Below, in pieces: positions 17,362 through 28,409 of a DNA stretch of 64,000 nt. Within the stretch, counting starts at the first letter, position 1; the number at the start of each line of letters is the position of its first letter. The translations under genes were made by a program, and so were the position numbers. Below the pieces are notes generated by a model that had not been told where the DNA came from, did not search any database, and was given only the letters and a program-made list of their open reading frames with translations. Source of the DNA: Treponema sp. (GTDB lineage: Bacteria > Spirochaetota > Spirochaetia > Treponematales > Breznakiellaceae); NCBI GenBank assembly GCA_009784975.1, contig WQXG01000004.1, forward strand, positions 19,761 through 83,760. Reading direction: 5' to 3'.

Positions 17362-18354
17362 TTGAACGATATCCTAAAAGCAGCCGGGATCATTCGTAAC
17401 GGCGGTCTTGTTGCATTTCCAACCGAGACCGTCTATGGTCTCGGCGCGGATGCGTTTAACAGTGAAGCGCTCGCAAAAATATTCGAGGTTAAAGGCCGCC
17501 CCCGTTTTGATCCGCTGATTATTCACATTGCCGCAATTGAAACTCTGGAAAACGCCGCAAACCTGCCGCTCTTAAATAAAGAAACACGAAAAAAATTATT
17601 TCTGCTGGCGGAAAATTTTTGGCCGGGTCCTCTTTCCATTGTTCTGCCAAAAAATGAAAAAATACCGGGCATTGCGACAGCGGGGCTGGCAACCGCCGCA
17701 ATCCGTTTTCCTGACCATGAAATAGCAAGGGAACTTATCTCTCTTTCTACAGGAGCGGTAGCGGCTCCCAGCGCCAACCCGTTTGGCTCGATAAGCCCGA
17801 CAAGAGCGGAACATGTACGGGATAGGCTTGGCGACAGGATAGACATGATCCTGGACGGCGGTCCCGCCCGAATTGGGCTGGAATCTACAGTTATTGATAT
17901 CACAGGCGAATGTATAAAAATACTAAGACCCGGCGGTACGCCGAAAGAAGCAATCGAACAGTTAATAGGACCTGTAAAAGACGGCTTTATAACCGCCGCA
18001 GAGGGGGTTAGTCTTGTTTCTCCCGGGCAATTAAAGAGCCATTATGCTCCCAGAACCCCTCTTTTGGTATTGAATCAGGAAGATATTCTCAAAATTCCCT
18101 GCGAGACAGGCAGTGCATTCCTCTTTTTTGACGGTTTTTCAAGGGATTCGTGGCAAAAATTACAAAACCCGCCGGAATCGGCTGTTATAAGGGTACTTTC
18201 CGAGGCTGGACAACCCCTGGAAGCCGCTTCCCGTCTCTTTGAAACCCTCCATGAACTGGATAATGGCAGAATTTCGCGAATTTTCGCCCAATTAGCGCCT
18301 CCAAAAGGTCTCGGCGAAGCCATAAATGACCGTTTAACCCGCGCCTCAGCATGA
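17362..18354 (+). CDS. tsaC: L-threonylcarbamoyladenylate synthase (TsaC/Sua5/YwlC, long form)
   Basis: ORF 17317..18354. The first ATG overlaps the MFS gene by 44 nt. An in-frame TTG at 17362, just after the MFS stop, is the more likely start. The motif GGLVAFPTETVYGLGADA is diagnostic, and a Sua5 C-terminal domain is present. Confidence 0.85.
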   Translation: MNDILKAAGIIRNGGLVAFPTETVYGLGADAFNSEALAKIFEVKGRPRFDPLIIHIAAIETLENAANLPLLNKETRKKLFLLAENFWPGPLSIVLPKNEKIPGIATAGLATAAIRFPDHEIARELISLSTGAVAAPSANPFGSISPTRAEHVRDRLGDRIDMILDGGPARIGLESTVIDITGECIKILRPGGTPKEAIEQLIGPVKDGFITAAEGVSLVSPGQLKSHYAPRTPLLVLNQEDILKIPCETGSAFLFFDGFSRDSWQKLQNPPESAVIRVLSEAGQPLEAASRLFETLHELDNGRISRIFAQLAPPKGLGEAINDRLTRASA

Positions 18355-18410
18355 TTTTTCATCGTGATGGTTCGTAGTAAAAAAAATTCTTTTAAATTTG
18401 CGTAATCCCC

Positions 18411-18466
18411 TTGCAACAACTCTATATATGGTGTATGCTAAAAAAAACGCCGCTATATGTGTGGTA
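18411..18466 (+). promoter_or_regulatory. candidate nrdJ promoter overlapped by one good and one weak NrdR-box-like palindrome
   Basis: TTGCAA at 18411-16, a 17-nt spacer, then TATGCT at 18434-39. ACTCTATATATGGTGT at 18419-18434 matches the NrdR box acaCwAtATaTwGtgt at 14 of 16 positions. CCGCTATATGTGTGGT, 31 nt downstream at 18450-18465, matches at about 10 of 16. Confidence 0.45.
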
Positions 18467-18511
18467 TACCTCTCTGGCTGCTAACAGCCTGGAAAAAAAA
18501 AGGATTTGGGA

Positions 18512-21500
18512 ATGAAAGTCAACAGGTTTTTTACAGACCGCACAAGCGGTCCGTATTACGATATTGTTTGGGAAAGGCGAAAGAGTGAAATCCGCAACCC
18601 TAACGGCAAGGCAATTTTTTCTGAGGACACTGTCATTGTGCCCGCATTCTGGAGTCAAATTGCCGCGGATATTATCGCTCAAAAGTATTTTCGTAAGGCA
18701 GGAGTCCCTGCAGATAAAATCTACGAATGGAAAAATTGGGCGAGGGGGTCCGCCAAAGCCCAGGAAAACGACGAAGATCCGGGCAATTCTCTGCCTCAGG
18801 ATGGCGCGGAACATGATGCGCGCCAGGTTTTTCACCGGCTTGCCTTTACATGGCTTGAATGGGGCAGGCAAAATAACTATTTTGACAGCGAAGAAGACGA
18901 AAGCGCCTTTTACGATGAAACCTGCTATATGCTGGCTCATCAATTTGCGGCTCCCAACAGCCCGCAATGGTTTAATACCGGGCTTTATTCGGTATACGGG
19001 ATAGATGGTCCCGCGCAGGGGCATTATTTCTACGATACCGAAAAAAAGAAAGTCGTTAAGTCCGAAAGCTCCTATAAACGGCCGCAGCCCCATGCCTGCT
19101 TTATCCTCTCCATAGATGATGATCTTGTAAATGAAGGCGGTATCATGGACCTTATGACCCGTGAAGCCAGGCTTTTTAAATACGGTTCGGGCACAGGTTC
19201 CAATTTTTCACGTATCCGCGGAATGAACGAAAGTCTTTCCGGCGGCGGAGTTTCATCCGGTCTTTTATCATTTTTAAAAGTCGGAGACCGTTCGGCATCC
19301 GCAATTAAGTCCGGGGGAACTACACGCCGGGCAGCGAAGATGGTAACCCTCGATATTGATCATCCTGATGTGGAAAAGTACATAGGCTGGAAAGCAGGTG
19401 AAGAATTTAAAGTTGCCTCTATGGTAACAGGTTCGCTTGTTTTAAAAAAACATATTGACGCGATTAAAAAAGCATTATCCGGCTTTCGCGGTCCTGAAGA
19501 CGACAAGTTTAACGCTGAGAAAAACCATGAGCTTGCAGCTGTCCTGCGCGCCGCTTTGGGCGACAAAATTCCGCCGTCCTATCTTTACCAGCAGTTACGC
19601 CGTCTTGAACAAGGCGACGATGAAGTGAATGTTTCCCAGTATTCCACCGCATGGGACGATGAAGCATACAACACTGTCTCAGGGCAAAGTTCCAACAACA
19701 GTCTGCGCCTTACAGATGATTTTATGCGCGCCGTACTGAACGATACCGACTGGGAACTGAGGGGACGCACAGACGGAGAACCGGTAAAATCTGTTAAGGC
19801 GCGTAAACTTTGGAACGATATAGCAAAGACAAGCTGGCAGTGCGCCGACCCCGGTCTTCAATATCACACAACGATCAACGACTGGCATACATGCCCGGCA
19901 GGCGGCGAGATTCGCGCTTCGAATCCTTGCTCTGAATATATGTTCCTGGACGATACCGCATGTAATCTTGCGTCAATTAATCTTGCAGTATTATACGACA
20001 AAAAAAGTAAAGCGTTTAATGTTGATGGATATCTTCACGCGATTGATATCTGGACAACAATTCTGGAAATCTCCGTAGTTATGGCGCAGTTTCCATCTCC
20101 CCGCATTGCGGAACTTTCATATCAATACCGAACACTTGGACTGGGGTATGCCAATTTAGGGACACTCCTTATGATTATGGGTCTTGCATACGATTCAGAA
20201 GAAGGCCGCTCTGTTGCGGGCGCGCTCTCTGCGCTGCTTTCAGGAGAAGCCTATGCGCAATCCGCGCTTATGGCAAAAGAGCTGGGATCTTTTTCGAGTT
20301 ACGGTGAAAACGCAGACAATATGCTGCGCGTTATCCGCAACCACAGACGGGCAGTTTACAATGAGCCGGCTAGCGATTACGAAGCGCTCAGCACCATACC
20401 AAAGGGAATCGATCCCGCGCACTGCCCTGCCTATCTTTTAAATACTGCAAAAGCTGTCTGGGACAAAGCTCTTAATCTGGGCATGTCGCACGGTTTTAGA
20501 AACGCGCAGGTTACGGCAATTGCTCCTACAGGCACAATCGGTCTTTTAATGGATTGCGATACCACAGGCATAGAACCTGATTTCGCGCTTGTAAAATTTA
20601 AAAAACTGGCAGGCGGGGGTTATTTTAAAATTATAAATCAATCGGTGCCGCCCGCTCTTGAAAGCCTGGGTTATTCGCCGCAATCAATCGAAGAAATCGT
20701 AGCGTTTGCGATGGGCAGAAAAACTTTTAATAATGCTCCCGCAATTAACCACGAAACACTTAAAGCAAAAGATTTTACGCCGGAAGCAATATCCGCCGCA
20801 GAAGACGCGGTAAAGACAGCTCTTAATCTGGAAGGAATTTTTAATCCGTACATATTGGGAAAATCTTTTGTAGAAGAAGTTTTAAAAGTGCCCGAATCAA
20901 CATGGTCGCTCCCGGGTTTTAGCCTTCTTAAACATCTTGGTTTTTGTTCCCAGGATATTGAAGACGCTGAAATTTTCACCTGCGGAACCATGGGGCTGGA
21001 AGGCGCACCGGGTCTTAAAAAAGAACACTATGCAGTCTTTGATACTGCGGCTCCTTCGGGCAAAAAAGGAAAACGTTCGATATCATGGAAAGCGCATATC
21101 GAAATGATGGCTGCTGTCCAGCCGTTTATTTCCGGAGCTATTTCCAAAACAATAAATATGCCTAACGGCGCAAATTACGATGATGTTAAAGGCGCATATA
21201 TGCTTTCCTGGAAGAACGGGCTTAAAGCAGTTGCGCTGTACCGTGACGGCTCCAAATTGTCTCAGCCGTTAAATACTTTTGCTCCGGGAACAGATCCGTT
21301 AGCCGACACTATTCTTAAAGTAGAAAAAGGCCTTGAGCTCTCTCCCGTCGCGCCGGACAGAAGAAAATCCGCGACTATCCGCGGGCTTCGCAAACCATTG
21401 CCGAACCGCAGAATGGGCTACACGCAAAAAGCAAAAATCGGCGGTCATTCAATTTTTATAAGAACCGGTGAATTTGAAGACGGCAGCCTTGGAGAAATCT

Positions 21501-22213
21501 TTCTTGATATGCAAAAAGAAGGATCCGCTTTCCGCAGTCTTTTAAACAGCTTTGCCATCACTGTTTCTTTGGGGCTGCAATACGGCGTTCCTCTTGAAGA
21601 ATATGTCGACGCGTTTACATTCAGCCGCTTTGAACCGAACGGAATGGTGCAGGGGCATGACTGGGTAAAAATGGCAACCAGTGTTATCGATTATGTTTTC
21701 CGCGATCTTGCCATTAGTTATCTGAAACGCAACGATCTGGGACAGGTAAAACCGGAAGATCTTGTCGCAACCACAACAAAGAGCGAAGCGGACGCGACAA
21801 ATCCAAAACCGCGCGAAAAACAAAGCGGCACAAATGCTGTTGCGGGCACAGGTTTAAGGGCATCCGTTCCGGTGCTTCCGTCAGGATCCGGAAAATCCTC
21901 AGGATCCAGAGAATCCCGTATCTTCACGACTCCCGGCGAGCGGGATTATCCGGAAATAACAAGCGGCAATTTGGCAGGAGTACCCGCAGGGCTACCCGCG
22001 GGGCTGCACAAAGCTCCGCAAACGCAGGTTATGATAATGGATGATTATGCGTCAGAAGCTTATCCGCAGGAAAGCGAAGTAATAAAAATTATAGAAGCGC
22101 GGATAAAAGGTTATGAAGGTGATCCTTGTCCTAACTGCGGGTCTTTTACTCTGGTTAGAAACGGAACCTGCATGAAGTGCGACACTTGCGCCGGAACAAC
22201 GGGGTGTTCCTGA
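18512..22213 (+). CDS. nrdJ: adenosylcobalamin-dependent (class II) ribonucleotide reductase
   Basis: ORF 18506..22213. ATG at 18512, 8 nt after AAGGA. Conserved segments are [20 protein letters not shown], the active-site region [22 protein letters not shown], and the C-terminal Cys cluster CPNCGSF...CMKCDTC. Confidence 0.92.
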   Translation: MKVNRFFTDRTSGPYYDIVWERRKSEIRNPNGKAIFSEDTVIVPAFWSQIAADIIAQKYFRKAGVPADKIYEWKNWARGSAKAQENDEDPGNSLPQDGAEHDARQVFHRLAFTWLEWGRQNNYFDSEEDESAFYDETCYMLAHQFAAPNSPQWFNTGLYSVYGIDGPAQGHYFYDTEKKKVVKSESSYKRPQPHACFILSIDDDLVNEGGIMDLMTREARLFKYGSGTGSNFSRIRGMNESLSGGGVSSGLLSFLKVGDRSASAIKSGGTTRRAAKMVTLDIDHPDVEKYIGWKAGEEFKVASMVTGSLVLKKHIDAIKKALSGFRGPEDDKFNAEKNHELAAVLRAALGDKIPPSYLYQQLRRLEQGDDEVNVSQYSTAWDDEAYNTVSGQSSNNSLRLTDDFMRAVLNDTDWELRGRTDGEPVKSVKARKLWNDIAKTSWQCADPGLQYHTTINDWHTCPAGGEIRASNPCSEYMFLDDTACNLASINLAVLYDKKSKAFNVDGYLHAIDIWTTILEISVVMAQFPSPRIAELSYQYRTLGLGYANLGTLLMIMGLAYDSEEGRSVAGALSALLSGEAYAQSALMAKELGSFSSYGENADNMLRVIRNHRRAVYNEPASDYEALSTIPKGIDPAHCPAYLLNTAKAVWDKALNLGMSHGFRNAQVTAIAPTGTIGLLMDCDTTGIEPDFALVKFKKLAGGGYFKIINQSVPPALESLGYSPQSIEEIVAFAMGRKTFNNAPAINHETLKAKDFTPEAISAAEDAVKTALNLEGIFNPYILGKSFVEEVLKVPESTWSLPGFSLLKHLGFCSQDIEDAEIFTCGTMGLEGAPGLKKEHYAVFDTAAPSGKKGKRSISWKAHIEMMAAVQPFISGAISKTINMPNGANYDDVKGAYMLSWKNGLKAVALYRDGSKLSQPLNTFAPGTDPLADTILKVEKGLELSPVAPDRRKSATIRGLRKPLPNRRMGYTQKAKIGGHSIFIRTGEFEDGSLGEIFLDMQKEGSAFRSLLNSFAITVSLGLQYGVPLEEYVDAFTFSRFEPNGMVQGHDWVKMATSVIDYVFRDLAISYLKRNDLGQVKPEDLVATTTKSEADATNPKPREKQSGTNAVAGTGLRASVPVLPSGSGKSSGSRESRIFTTPGERDYPEITSGNLAGVPAGLPAGLHKAPQTQVMIMDDYASEAYPQESEVIKIIEARIKGYEGDPCPNCGSFTLVRNGTCMKCDTCAGTTGCS

Positions 22214-22234
22214 TTCAATGAATAGGAGTAAAAC

Positions 22235-22864
22235 ATGAAGTTGATTTTTTTAGGTCCTCCGGGAGCGGGCAAGGGTACGCTGGCATTAAGAGCGACAGAT
22301 ATTCTTAAGGTACAGCAAATCAGCACGGGATCGATTTTCCGCGCGGAAATGGCGGCGAAAAGTCCTTTGGGTCTTAAAGTAAAATCAATTATAGACGCGG
22401 GAAAACTGGTAGATGATGAAACAACAATTGCTCTTGTAAAACAAAGGCTTTCGCAGGATGATGTTCAAAACGGTTTTATCCTTGACGGATTTCCGCGCAC
22501 AATTCCGCAGGCACAGGCACTTGACGAATTCTGCACGGTAGACAAGGTAGTAAATTTTGACATCCCCGATTCTGGAGTTTTGGAACGTCTTGGCGGACGA
22601 AGGGTATGCCGTAAATGCGGTTTTAATTTTCATATGACTTTTAACAAACCGTCAAAAGACGATGTATGCGATCATTGCGGCGGCGAAGTTTATACGCGCG
22701 AAGATGATAAATCCGATGCAGTCCAGAAACGGCTTGAAGTTTACCGCGAACAGACAGCTCCGCTAATTAATTTTTACCGCGAAAAAGGCCTGCTTGTTGA
22801 TATAGACGCAAAACCAATGATAGATGAGATTGTTGTAAGCTTTAAAAAAGCGTTAGGTATTTAA
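22235..22864 (+). CDS. adk: adenylate kinase
   Basis: P-loop GPPGAGKGT, the GFILDGFPRT motif, and a Zn-lid CRKCG...CDHCGG. Confidence 0.95.
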   Translation: MKLIFLGPPGAGKGTLALRATDILKVQQISTGSIFRAEMAAKSPLGLKVKSIIDAGKLVDDETTIALVKQRLSQDDVQNGFILDGFPRTIPQAQALDEFCTVDKVVNFDIPDSGVLERLGGRRVCRKCGFNFHMTFNKPSKDDVCDHCGGEVYTREDDKSDAVQKRLEVYREQTAPLINFYREKGLLVDIDAKPMIDEIVVSFKKALGI

Positions 22865-24655
22865 AACCTCATGGGAGTGAGCCCCCAGCTCATCCCATAT
22901 CTTTTGAGCAATTTCTGCCGCGGCTTTATCCGCGTCTATCATGCGATTTTCTTTTTCGCTGCGCCGTTTAACTTCCACCTGAGGCAAATTCTTTTCGCCG
23001 ATTATAATGCGCCAGGGGATACCTGTAAGGTCTGCATCGTTAAACTTTACTCCGGGGCGTTCATTACGATCATCGAGCAGAACTTCTATACCCGCCTGTG
23101 TTAATTCCAGAGCAATTTTATCCGCCGCGTTTTTTACTTCTCCGTCGTATTTAATTGGAACGATTATCACATGAAAAGGCGCAACTGATACAGGCCAAAT
23201 AATTCCCGCATCATCATGATGTTCTTCGATAACAGAAGCAAGCGTGCGATCAATGCCAATGCCGTAACAGCCCATCACAGGTATCTGGCTTTTTCCGTTT
23301 TCGTCAAGATACGAAGCATTCATGGAGCGCGTGTATTTATTGCCAAGTTTAAAAATATGACCGAGCTCATTGCCCATTTTAATGTACAGTTCTGCGCTGC
23401 ACAGTGAACATTTATCACCTGCTTTTACAGTTCGGATATCATCGATCTTCCAGGCATTAAAATCTCTTCCGTATGCTACATGTTTATAGTGAAGATCTTT
23501 AGAAAGAGCGCCTGTAACAGCATCATTCATTGCACTAACGCTTGTGTCGGCGATGAGCGGCAGATTAGCCAGCCCAACAGGACCTGCAAACCCTACAGGA
23601 GCATTGGTTAAACGTACAACATCGGCATCCGATGCAAGTATCACTTCGCCGGCTTTTAGAATCGATGCAAGTTTAACTTCGTTTACATCAAGATCGCCGC
23701 GGATAGCCGCTGCAAAGAAAACCTCGCTGTATGATGTATTTTTACGTTCCAGTTTGCCGCAGCCGGGGGCAGAAGAAAGGTCTAGCTCAACATTAACCGC
23801 GCGGTAAATAAGAGTTTTAATAAAACTTGCCGGTGTCATTTTTAAAAAGCCGCAAAGTTCATCTATTGTTTTAACATTCGGTGTATCTATTTTTTCATAG
23901 GCAGGAGTATTTAAAGCAGCATCAACAGTATAATCAGGCGCGCAAGATGCTTTTTCTACATTTGCCGCATAATCGCATGATTTGCAAAGTATCAAAGTAT
24001 TGTCGCCGACATCACTTTCTACCATGAATTCTTCCGACCCGCTGCCGCCCATAGCCCCTGAGTCAGCTCGTACAGGAATAACAGACAGCCCGCAGCGTTT
24101 AAAAATTTGGCGGTATGCGCGTCCCATTGCCTGATAGGTGTCATCAAGACTTTTTTCATCTGTGTGCCAGGAATATGCGTCTTTCATTGTAAACTCACGT
24201 CCCCGCATTACGCCGTAACGCGGGCGCACCTCATCCCTGAACTTGGTATTGATCTGGTATAAAGCAAGCGGCAGCTGGCGGTAACTGGAAAGTTCATCGC
24301 GGACAATTGCTGTGAAAGCTTCTTCTGCCGTAGGAGAGACGACAAAATCATTATCAAGACGGTTTTTAACCCGTAAAAGTGATTCGCCCATGGAGTCCCA
24401 TCTTCCCGATTCTTTCCAAAGCTCTGCCGGAATAACCACAGTCGGTTTAATTTCCAGAGCGCCGATGGCATTCATTTCCTCGCGGACAATCTGCTCTACT
24501 TTGCGAAAAGAACGAAGCCCCAGCGGAAGATACGCAAAAAGCCCGTTTGACAGCTTACGAAGAAGCCCTGCGCGAAACATAAGACGATGACTGGCGATAA
24601 CCGCATCTGCCGGAACTTCCCTTAGAGTGGGAATAAAAAGATGTGAATATTTCAT
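22853..24655 (-). CDS. proS: proline--tRNA ligase (bacterial type with INS editing domain)
   Basis: 600 aa. Class II aaRS motifs are FRDEVRPRYGVMRGREF and GCYGIGIDR. The N-terminus is MKYSHLFIPTLREVPADA. Confidence 0.93.
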   Translation of the reverse strand: MKYSHLFIPTLREVPADAVIASHRLMFRAGLLRKLSNGLFAYLPLGLRSFRKVEQIVREEMNAIGALEIKPTVVIPAELWKESGRWDSMGESLLRVKNRLDNDFVVSPTAEEAFTAIVRDELSSYRQLPLALYQINTKFRDEVRPRYGVMRGREFTMKDAYSWHTDEKSLDDTYQAMGRAYRQIFKRCGLSVIPVRADSGAMGGSGSEEFMVESDVGDNTLILCKSCDYAANVEKASCAPDYTVDAALNTPAYEKIDTPNVKTIDELCGFLKMTPASFIKTLIYRAVNVELDLSSAPGCGKLERKNTSYSEVFFAAAIRGDLDVNEVKLASILKAGEVILASDADVVRLTNAPVGFAGPVGLANLPLIADTSVSAMNDAVTGALSKDLHYKHVAYGRDFNAWKIDDIRTVKAGDKCSLCSAELYIKMGNELGHIFKLGNKYTRSMNASYLDENGKSQIPVMGCYGIGIDRTLASVIEEHHDDAGIIWPVSVAPFHVIIVPIKYDGEVKNAADKIALELTQAGIEVLLDDRNERPGVKFNDADLTGIPWRIIIGEKNLPQVEVKRRSEKENRMIDADKAAAEIAQKIWDELGAHSHEVLNT

Positions 24656-24688
24656 TAAAATTATAATAGCGCAGAGTATATCAGAGGG

Positions 24689-25702
24689 TCAAGTCGATTT
24701 TACCAGCTTCCCTGCTTCCTTAATTGCCGCTTTCCAATGATCTACCAATATTTTGGGAGCAATTGGTTTTGCGCGGGGCGTCATGGAAAGAATAAAATCC
24801 ATAACTTTATTAAACTGATTGCTTGTAAACGACAATTTTATACCATTGGCAGTTTTTTGGATTTTTTGATCTTCTGCCCACTGACGTTCACTAATCCACC
24901 GGGTATCCCCTGTTATTTCTATGGAAAATTTATAAATTTTGTTTTCCGCATATACGCCGAAATAACTTAAACCCTCGGAATTACGATAGTCAAAGTTGGC
25001 TTTAAGAACAAACTTTTCTTTGGTGGCAGAAGCGCAGGAAATTCTGGAAAGAGCAAACATCCGTTTTTCTTTTCTGTCTACATCATAACCGGAAAGATAC
25101 CATGCGCTACGATCGAACAACAACTGATAAGGATGGATTTTGCGGGTTTTTAATTTTGCATCTTCTCTTACTTCATACTTTGTACTGTCTTTTTCTGCGG
25201 CATCCTGATAAAAAAAAGTAATAACAAGATTTTCCTGCAAACCTTTAACTATGCATTTCCAGACAAACGGGTCTACAGGGACAGTAACAGCTTTAGGAAT
25301 AATTATCCTGTCTTTGTACCATTTGGAATTCTGCACATTTTTTAGCGGAACAGTTATACTTTCCAGAAGATTCATTGCGGCATCATGAATAGGGGAATCT
25401 TTATATAACTCCATTAAACTTTTTGCCATATCCAGAGCAAGCAGATCTTCCGCGCTTGCGTAGGTTGTAGAAAGCCGGAAAGTTTTTTCGTAATAAAAAT
25501 ATCCTTTTTTATAATAGTCATAGTCAATCGGCGCGCCCATCACATCCCGCATATAGTTAATATCACGATTAATGCTGGATTGGCTTGTTTCATATTTTTC
25601 CGCCAAATAAGGAACATTTGGATATTTTCCGGAAGCGATTTCCTCGTCAATAAAGAAAATCCTGGGAATTGCCGACTTTGGAAGTGTTTTTCTGGATTTC
25701 AT
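24689..25702 (-). CDS. HTH + WYL domain transcriptional regulator
   Basis: 337 aa. The N-terminal wHTH (FIDEEIASGKYPNVPYLAEKYETSQSSINRDINYMRD) is followed by a central segment, IHPYQLLFDRSAWYLSGYD, typical of WYL domains. Confidence 0.65.
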   Translation of the reverse strand: MKSRKTLPKSAIPRIFFIDEEIASGKYPNVPYLAEKYETSQSSINRDINYMRDVMGAPIDYDYYKKGYFYYEKTFRLSTTYASAEDLLALDMAKSLMELYKDSPIHDAAMNLLESITVPLKNVQNSKWYKDRIIIPKAVTVPVDPFVWKCIVKGLQENLVITFFYQDAAEKDSTKYEVREDAKLKTRKIHPYQLLFDRSAWYLSGYDVDRKEKRMFALSRISCASATKEKFVLKANFDYRNSEGLSYFGVYAENKIYKFSIEITGDTRWISERQWAEDQKIQKTANGIKLSFTSNQFNKVMDFILSMTPRAKPIAPKILVDHWKAAIKEAGKLVKST

Positions 25703-25790
25703 TGTTTTATTATACAGTATAATTTGGTTTTTTCAAGTATTTCTAAAATTATTTCCAGACAAATTTTGCTTATTTTCCAAATTAAAATGA

Positions 25791-26477
25791 TCAGGCATAA
25801 TGGCTCACCTGAAGAGTTTTCCCGCTCAATTTGTTTCTCAATATCTCAACTTCCTCTGCAGATAATCCAATTTTGCTTCGCAAGTAAACTTCTGCTATAT
25901 GCTGAAGATTATTTTCATTTATACTCTGTGAATCACTCATAAGAGAGAGAATTTGCATTGCGGTTGCGGCATCAGCTTTTTGCGCGGTATAAACGCTTGA
26001 TTCAAATATGCTGTTAAATGATTTAAGATAATCATTAATAACATCATCAAGGGAAGATCCCATAAAAGATTCAAGAGCCATACAAACAAAACCTGTTCTG
26101 TCCATTCCTGCATGACAATGGATTAACCAGGGACCTTCTGTATGAATAATGAATTGTAAAGCCTCTTTTAGTTTTATTTTAAAACTGCTGCTTGTACAGC
26201 TAAAATCCATGCCAAGAGCTATAACTCTTCCATTACTAAAAATATTGTAATACCATGGAGCAACAACAGATTTTCCAATAATGCCAGATGTTGTATCGCA
26301 CAGATTAATAATTGTATTTATTTTTGCTTTAGAAGCCAATATGGAAATCGCTTTTTCCTGTTTATTATCCTTTATTGGATGACTGCTGCGGTATAAAGTA
26401 TTTGGAGCGATATTACCAATGCGGATTTCGCGGAAATTTACGGAATTGGCATCTAATGAAGTCAATGTATTATTCAT
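25791..26477 (-). CDS. protein-tyrosine/dual-specificity phosphatase-like protein
   Basis: 228 aa. CX5R active-site loop HCHAGMDRTG, and an LYRSSHP motif near the N-terminus as in Y_phosphatase3-type enzymes. Confidence 0.65.
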   Translation of the reverse strand: MNNTLTSLDANSVNFREIRIGNIAPNTLYRSSHPIKDNKQEKAISILASKAKINTIINLCDTTSGIIGKSVVAPWYYNIFSNGRVIALGMDFSCTSSSFKIKLKEALQFIIHTEGPWLIHCHAGMDRTGFVCMALESFMGSSLDDVINDYLKSFNSIFESSVYTAQKADAATAMQILSLMSDSQSINENNLQHIAEVYLRSKIGLSAEEVEILRNKLSGKTLQVSHYA

Positions 26478-26534
26478 TATTTATATATACAACATAACTC
26501 TTTAGTCTGTCAAATAGTGACAAATTGAAAATAA

Positions 26535-27641
26535 TTATAATTCCAATTTTAGATCTCCGTCTTTAATCCAATTTATTTTTCCAAGAATTAAACGCCCCAT
26601 TACGCCAAAAATAGCAGGAATAACGAAAAACAGTAATATTACGGCAAAAATAAGAGTACCAGTATTAATACCATTATCCAATGATGTTGATACTGTGGTA
26701 AATACGCCTACAAGACCTGATGTTCCCATTCCGCTTCCCGTTCTATCACAATGAATTTGAAATACAGCGGAAGCAAAAATACCACCTACCGCACTTGCTA
26801 AAACAGGCGGAATAAGCAAACGTGGATTTTTAAATATATTTGGTATTTGTAACATACTTGTTCCAATCCCTTGCGCAATAAGTCCAGATATACGATTTTC
26901 ACGCCAACTCATAACCGCAAAACAAATCATATGTGACGCTCCACCCACAACGGCTGCTCCACCAGCAAGACCGCCTATACCGCAGGCAACACATATTGCA
27001 GCACTGGATGTCGGCATAGTAAGAAATAAACCAATTGAAACCGATATTACTAAACCCATCCATATTGGATTTGTTTCAGTTGTTAGCATTATCCAGTTAC
27101 CAAAAGCAGTAAATGCTTTAACGATTGGCGGACAAATGGTAAAAGCCATTAAACAACTTATTAAAATGGCAGAAATAGGCAATACAACAATATCAAGCCT
27201 GGTACGCCCTTTTAGAAACTGACCAAGTTCAACAGCAATAAGCGAAACTAAAAAAGCGGAAACGGGGTCTCCTGGACTTCTTAAAAATATTGAGAACATT
27301 TCATTTGCGTTTATAGAATTAATTATTGCGATACACTGCGCTCCGATAAATCCGGCGCATACAGCCGAAAACAGAACAAGTTTTTCAGCTTTTAAGCTAT
27401 GGGCAACCCCTGCTCCTATTCCTGCTCCCATTAAAATCTGAGAAGCAAAACCTACTGTCTGAAACGCGAGCCCAATACTGCCGTCGCCTATCCATTTGCC
27501 AATCTGATTGACAATAGTACCTGCGATTAAGGAGGCAAATAAACCAAATGCCATACCGCCAGAAGCCGTAATAAACCACCGATTTGCTACATTTTTTATA
27601 TATGACCAAATATTATTGTCATTTAATTTTTCTTCAGTCAT
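26535..27641 (-). CDS. polytopic membrane protein, PTS EIIC_2-like
   Basis: 368 aa with about 10 TM segments rich in Gly and Ala. The N-terminal WFITASGGMAFGLFASLIAGTIVNQIGKWIG resembles proteins annotated PTS transporter subunit IIC (EIIC_2). This is from memory, not searched. No EIIA, EIIB or HPr gene is nearby. Confidence 0.5.
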   Translation of the reverse strand: MTEEKLNDNNIWSYIKNVANRWFITASGGMAFGLFASLIAGTIVNQIGKWIGDGSIGLAFQTVGFASQILMGAGIGAGVAHSLKAEKLVLFSAVCAGFIGAQCIAIINSINANEMFSIFLRSPGDPVSAFLVSLIAVELGQFLKGRTRLDIVVLPISAILISCLMAFTICPPIVKAFTAFGNWIMLTTETNPIWMGLVISVSIGLFLTMPTSSAAICVACGIGGLAGGAAVVGGASHMICFAVMSWRENRISGLIAQGIGTSMLQIPNIFKNPRLLIPPVLASAVGGIFASAVFQIHCDRTGSGMGTSGLVGVFTTVSTSLDNGINTGTLIFAVILLFFVIPAIFGVMGRLILGKINWIKDGDLKLEL

Positions 27642-27671
27642 TATTTTCCTGTGTGCCTAATGCCTTTGCCC

Positions 27672-28073
27672 TTAGTGCCGTCTTGTATAAGTACCATACA
27701 TAGTTTGTAAAGTTTTTCCGTCCGCGCTTAGAGTGAATGTAGCATTATTCCATTGACTTCTTAAAGCAACGTTAGTGCGCCGATCGTATTCAATACCAAA
27801 ATCCTGCCCAGACCATGTCAGATTGCCCGTACTTCTCAGATTCCTCCATTTCGGCTCGCCAATTTTAAACCAGCCTTTGTTTATGGCATCCCGATCATAT
27901 GGCGCAAGAGGAGAACCGAAAGTAGTCCAAACACCGATGTTGCCGCTGACGGTAATTCGCCTTCCATCGTTTGCCCTCTCCCAAACGCCATTGAGCGTTG
28001 CCTGCTGCGCGAAAACCGCGCTTAATCCAACGATTGTGAGCAACAGTAAGCCCATCAGTAATTTCTTGTTCAT
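27672..28073 (-). CDS. small secreted hypothetical protein
   Basis: 133 aa. Signal peptide MNKKLLMGLLLLTIVGLSAVFAQ. No family recognised. Confidence 0.6.
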   Translation of the reverse strand: MNKKLLMGLLLLTIVGLSAVFAQQATLNGVWERANDGRRITVSGNIGVWTTFGSPLAPYDRDAINKGWFKIGEPKWRNLRSTGNLTWSGQDFGIEYDRRTNVALRSQWNNATFTLSADGKTLQTMYGTYTRRH

Positions 28074-28409
28074 TTTATGTCTCCTTGATATATATACGAC
28101 CCATACGGGGGGTATTTAATACATTACGTATAGTATAACACTGTATTCTTTATTTCGATACATCTATATTTCATAATTTTAAGCCAAGCACAATGGCATA
28201 TAACTTTCAGCAGGCGCAAGCATGTCTTTTTCTTTTTATACATCAGACGCAGGCTTAATATTCCTGAACGGGCCTCTATTCAATTCTTCACGAGAAACGG
28301 CATGACGAACCGGAACTTTCATCGCATTTGAGGAATGGTTTTACATGAAACCTGTTATTATCTCCGTTTTCGGGTAGGCTATGTCCTTATACAGCAATGA
28401 CTTATTAAA

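Noticed and set aside
18355-18511. Cobalamin riboswitch upstream of the B12-dependent RNR
   Set aside because: The roughly 150-nt leader is too short and A+T-rich. No B12-box-like sequence is present, and the NrdR-box-like palindromes explain the conserved-looking part better.
18422-19093. 223-aa minus-strand ORF overlapping the nrdJ promoter and 5' end
   Set aside because: It is antisense to the conserved NrdJ N-terminus and covers the regulatory region. No recognisable domains.
21770-22213. Intein or extra domain in the long (1233 aa) NrdJ
   Set aside because: No intein block motifs were seen and the active-site region is contiguous. The extra length is a low-complexity linker ([20 protein letters not shown]) leading to the usual C-terminal Cys-rich tail.
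28100-28409. Possible integrase or mobile-element remnant between the secreted-protein gene and tRNA-Pro
   Set aside because: Only very short ORFs of 28 aa or less are present (for example MKVPVRHAVSREELNRGPFRNIKPASDV), with no recombinase motifs. There is not enough evidence to call anything.
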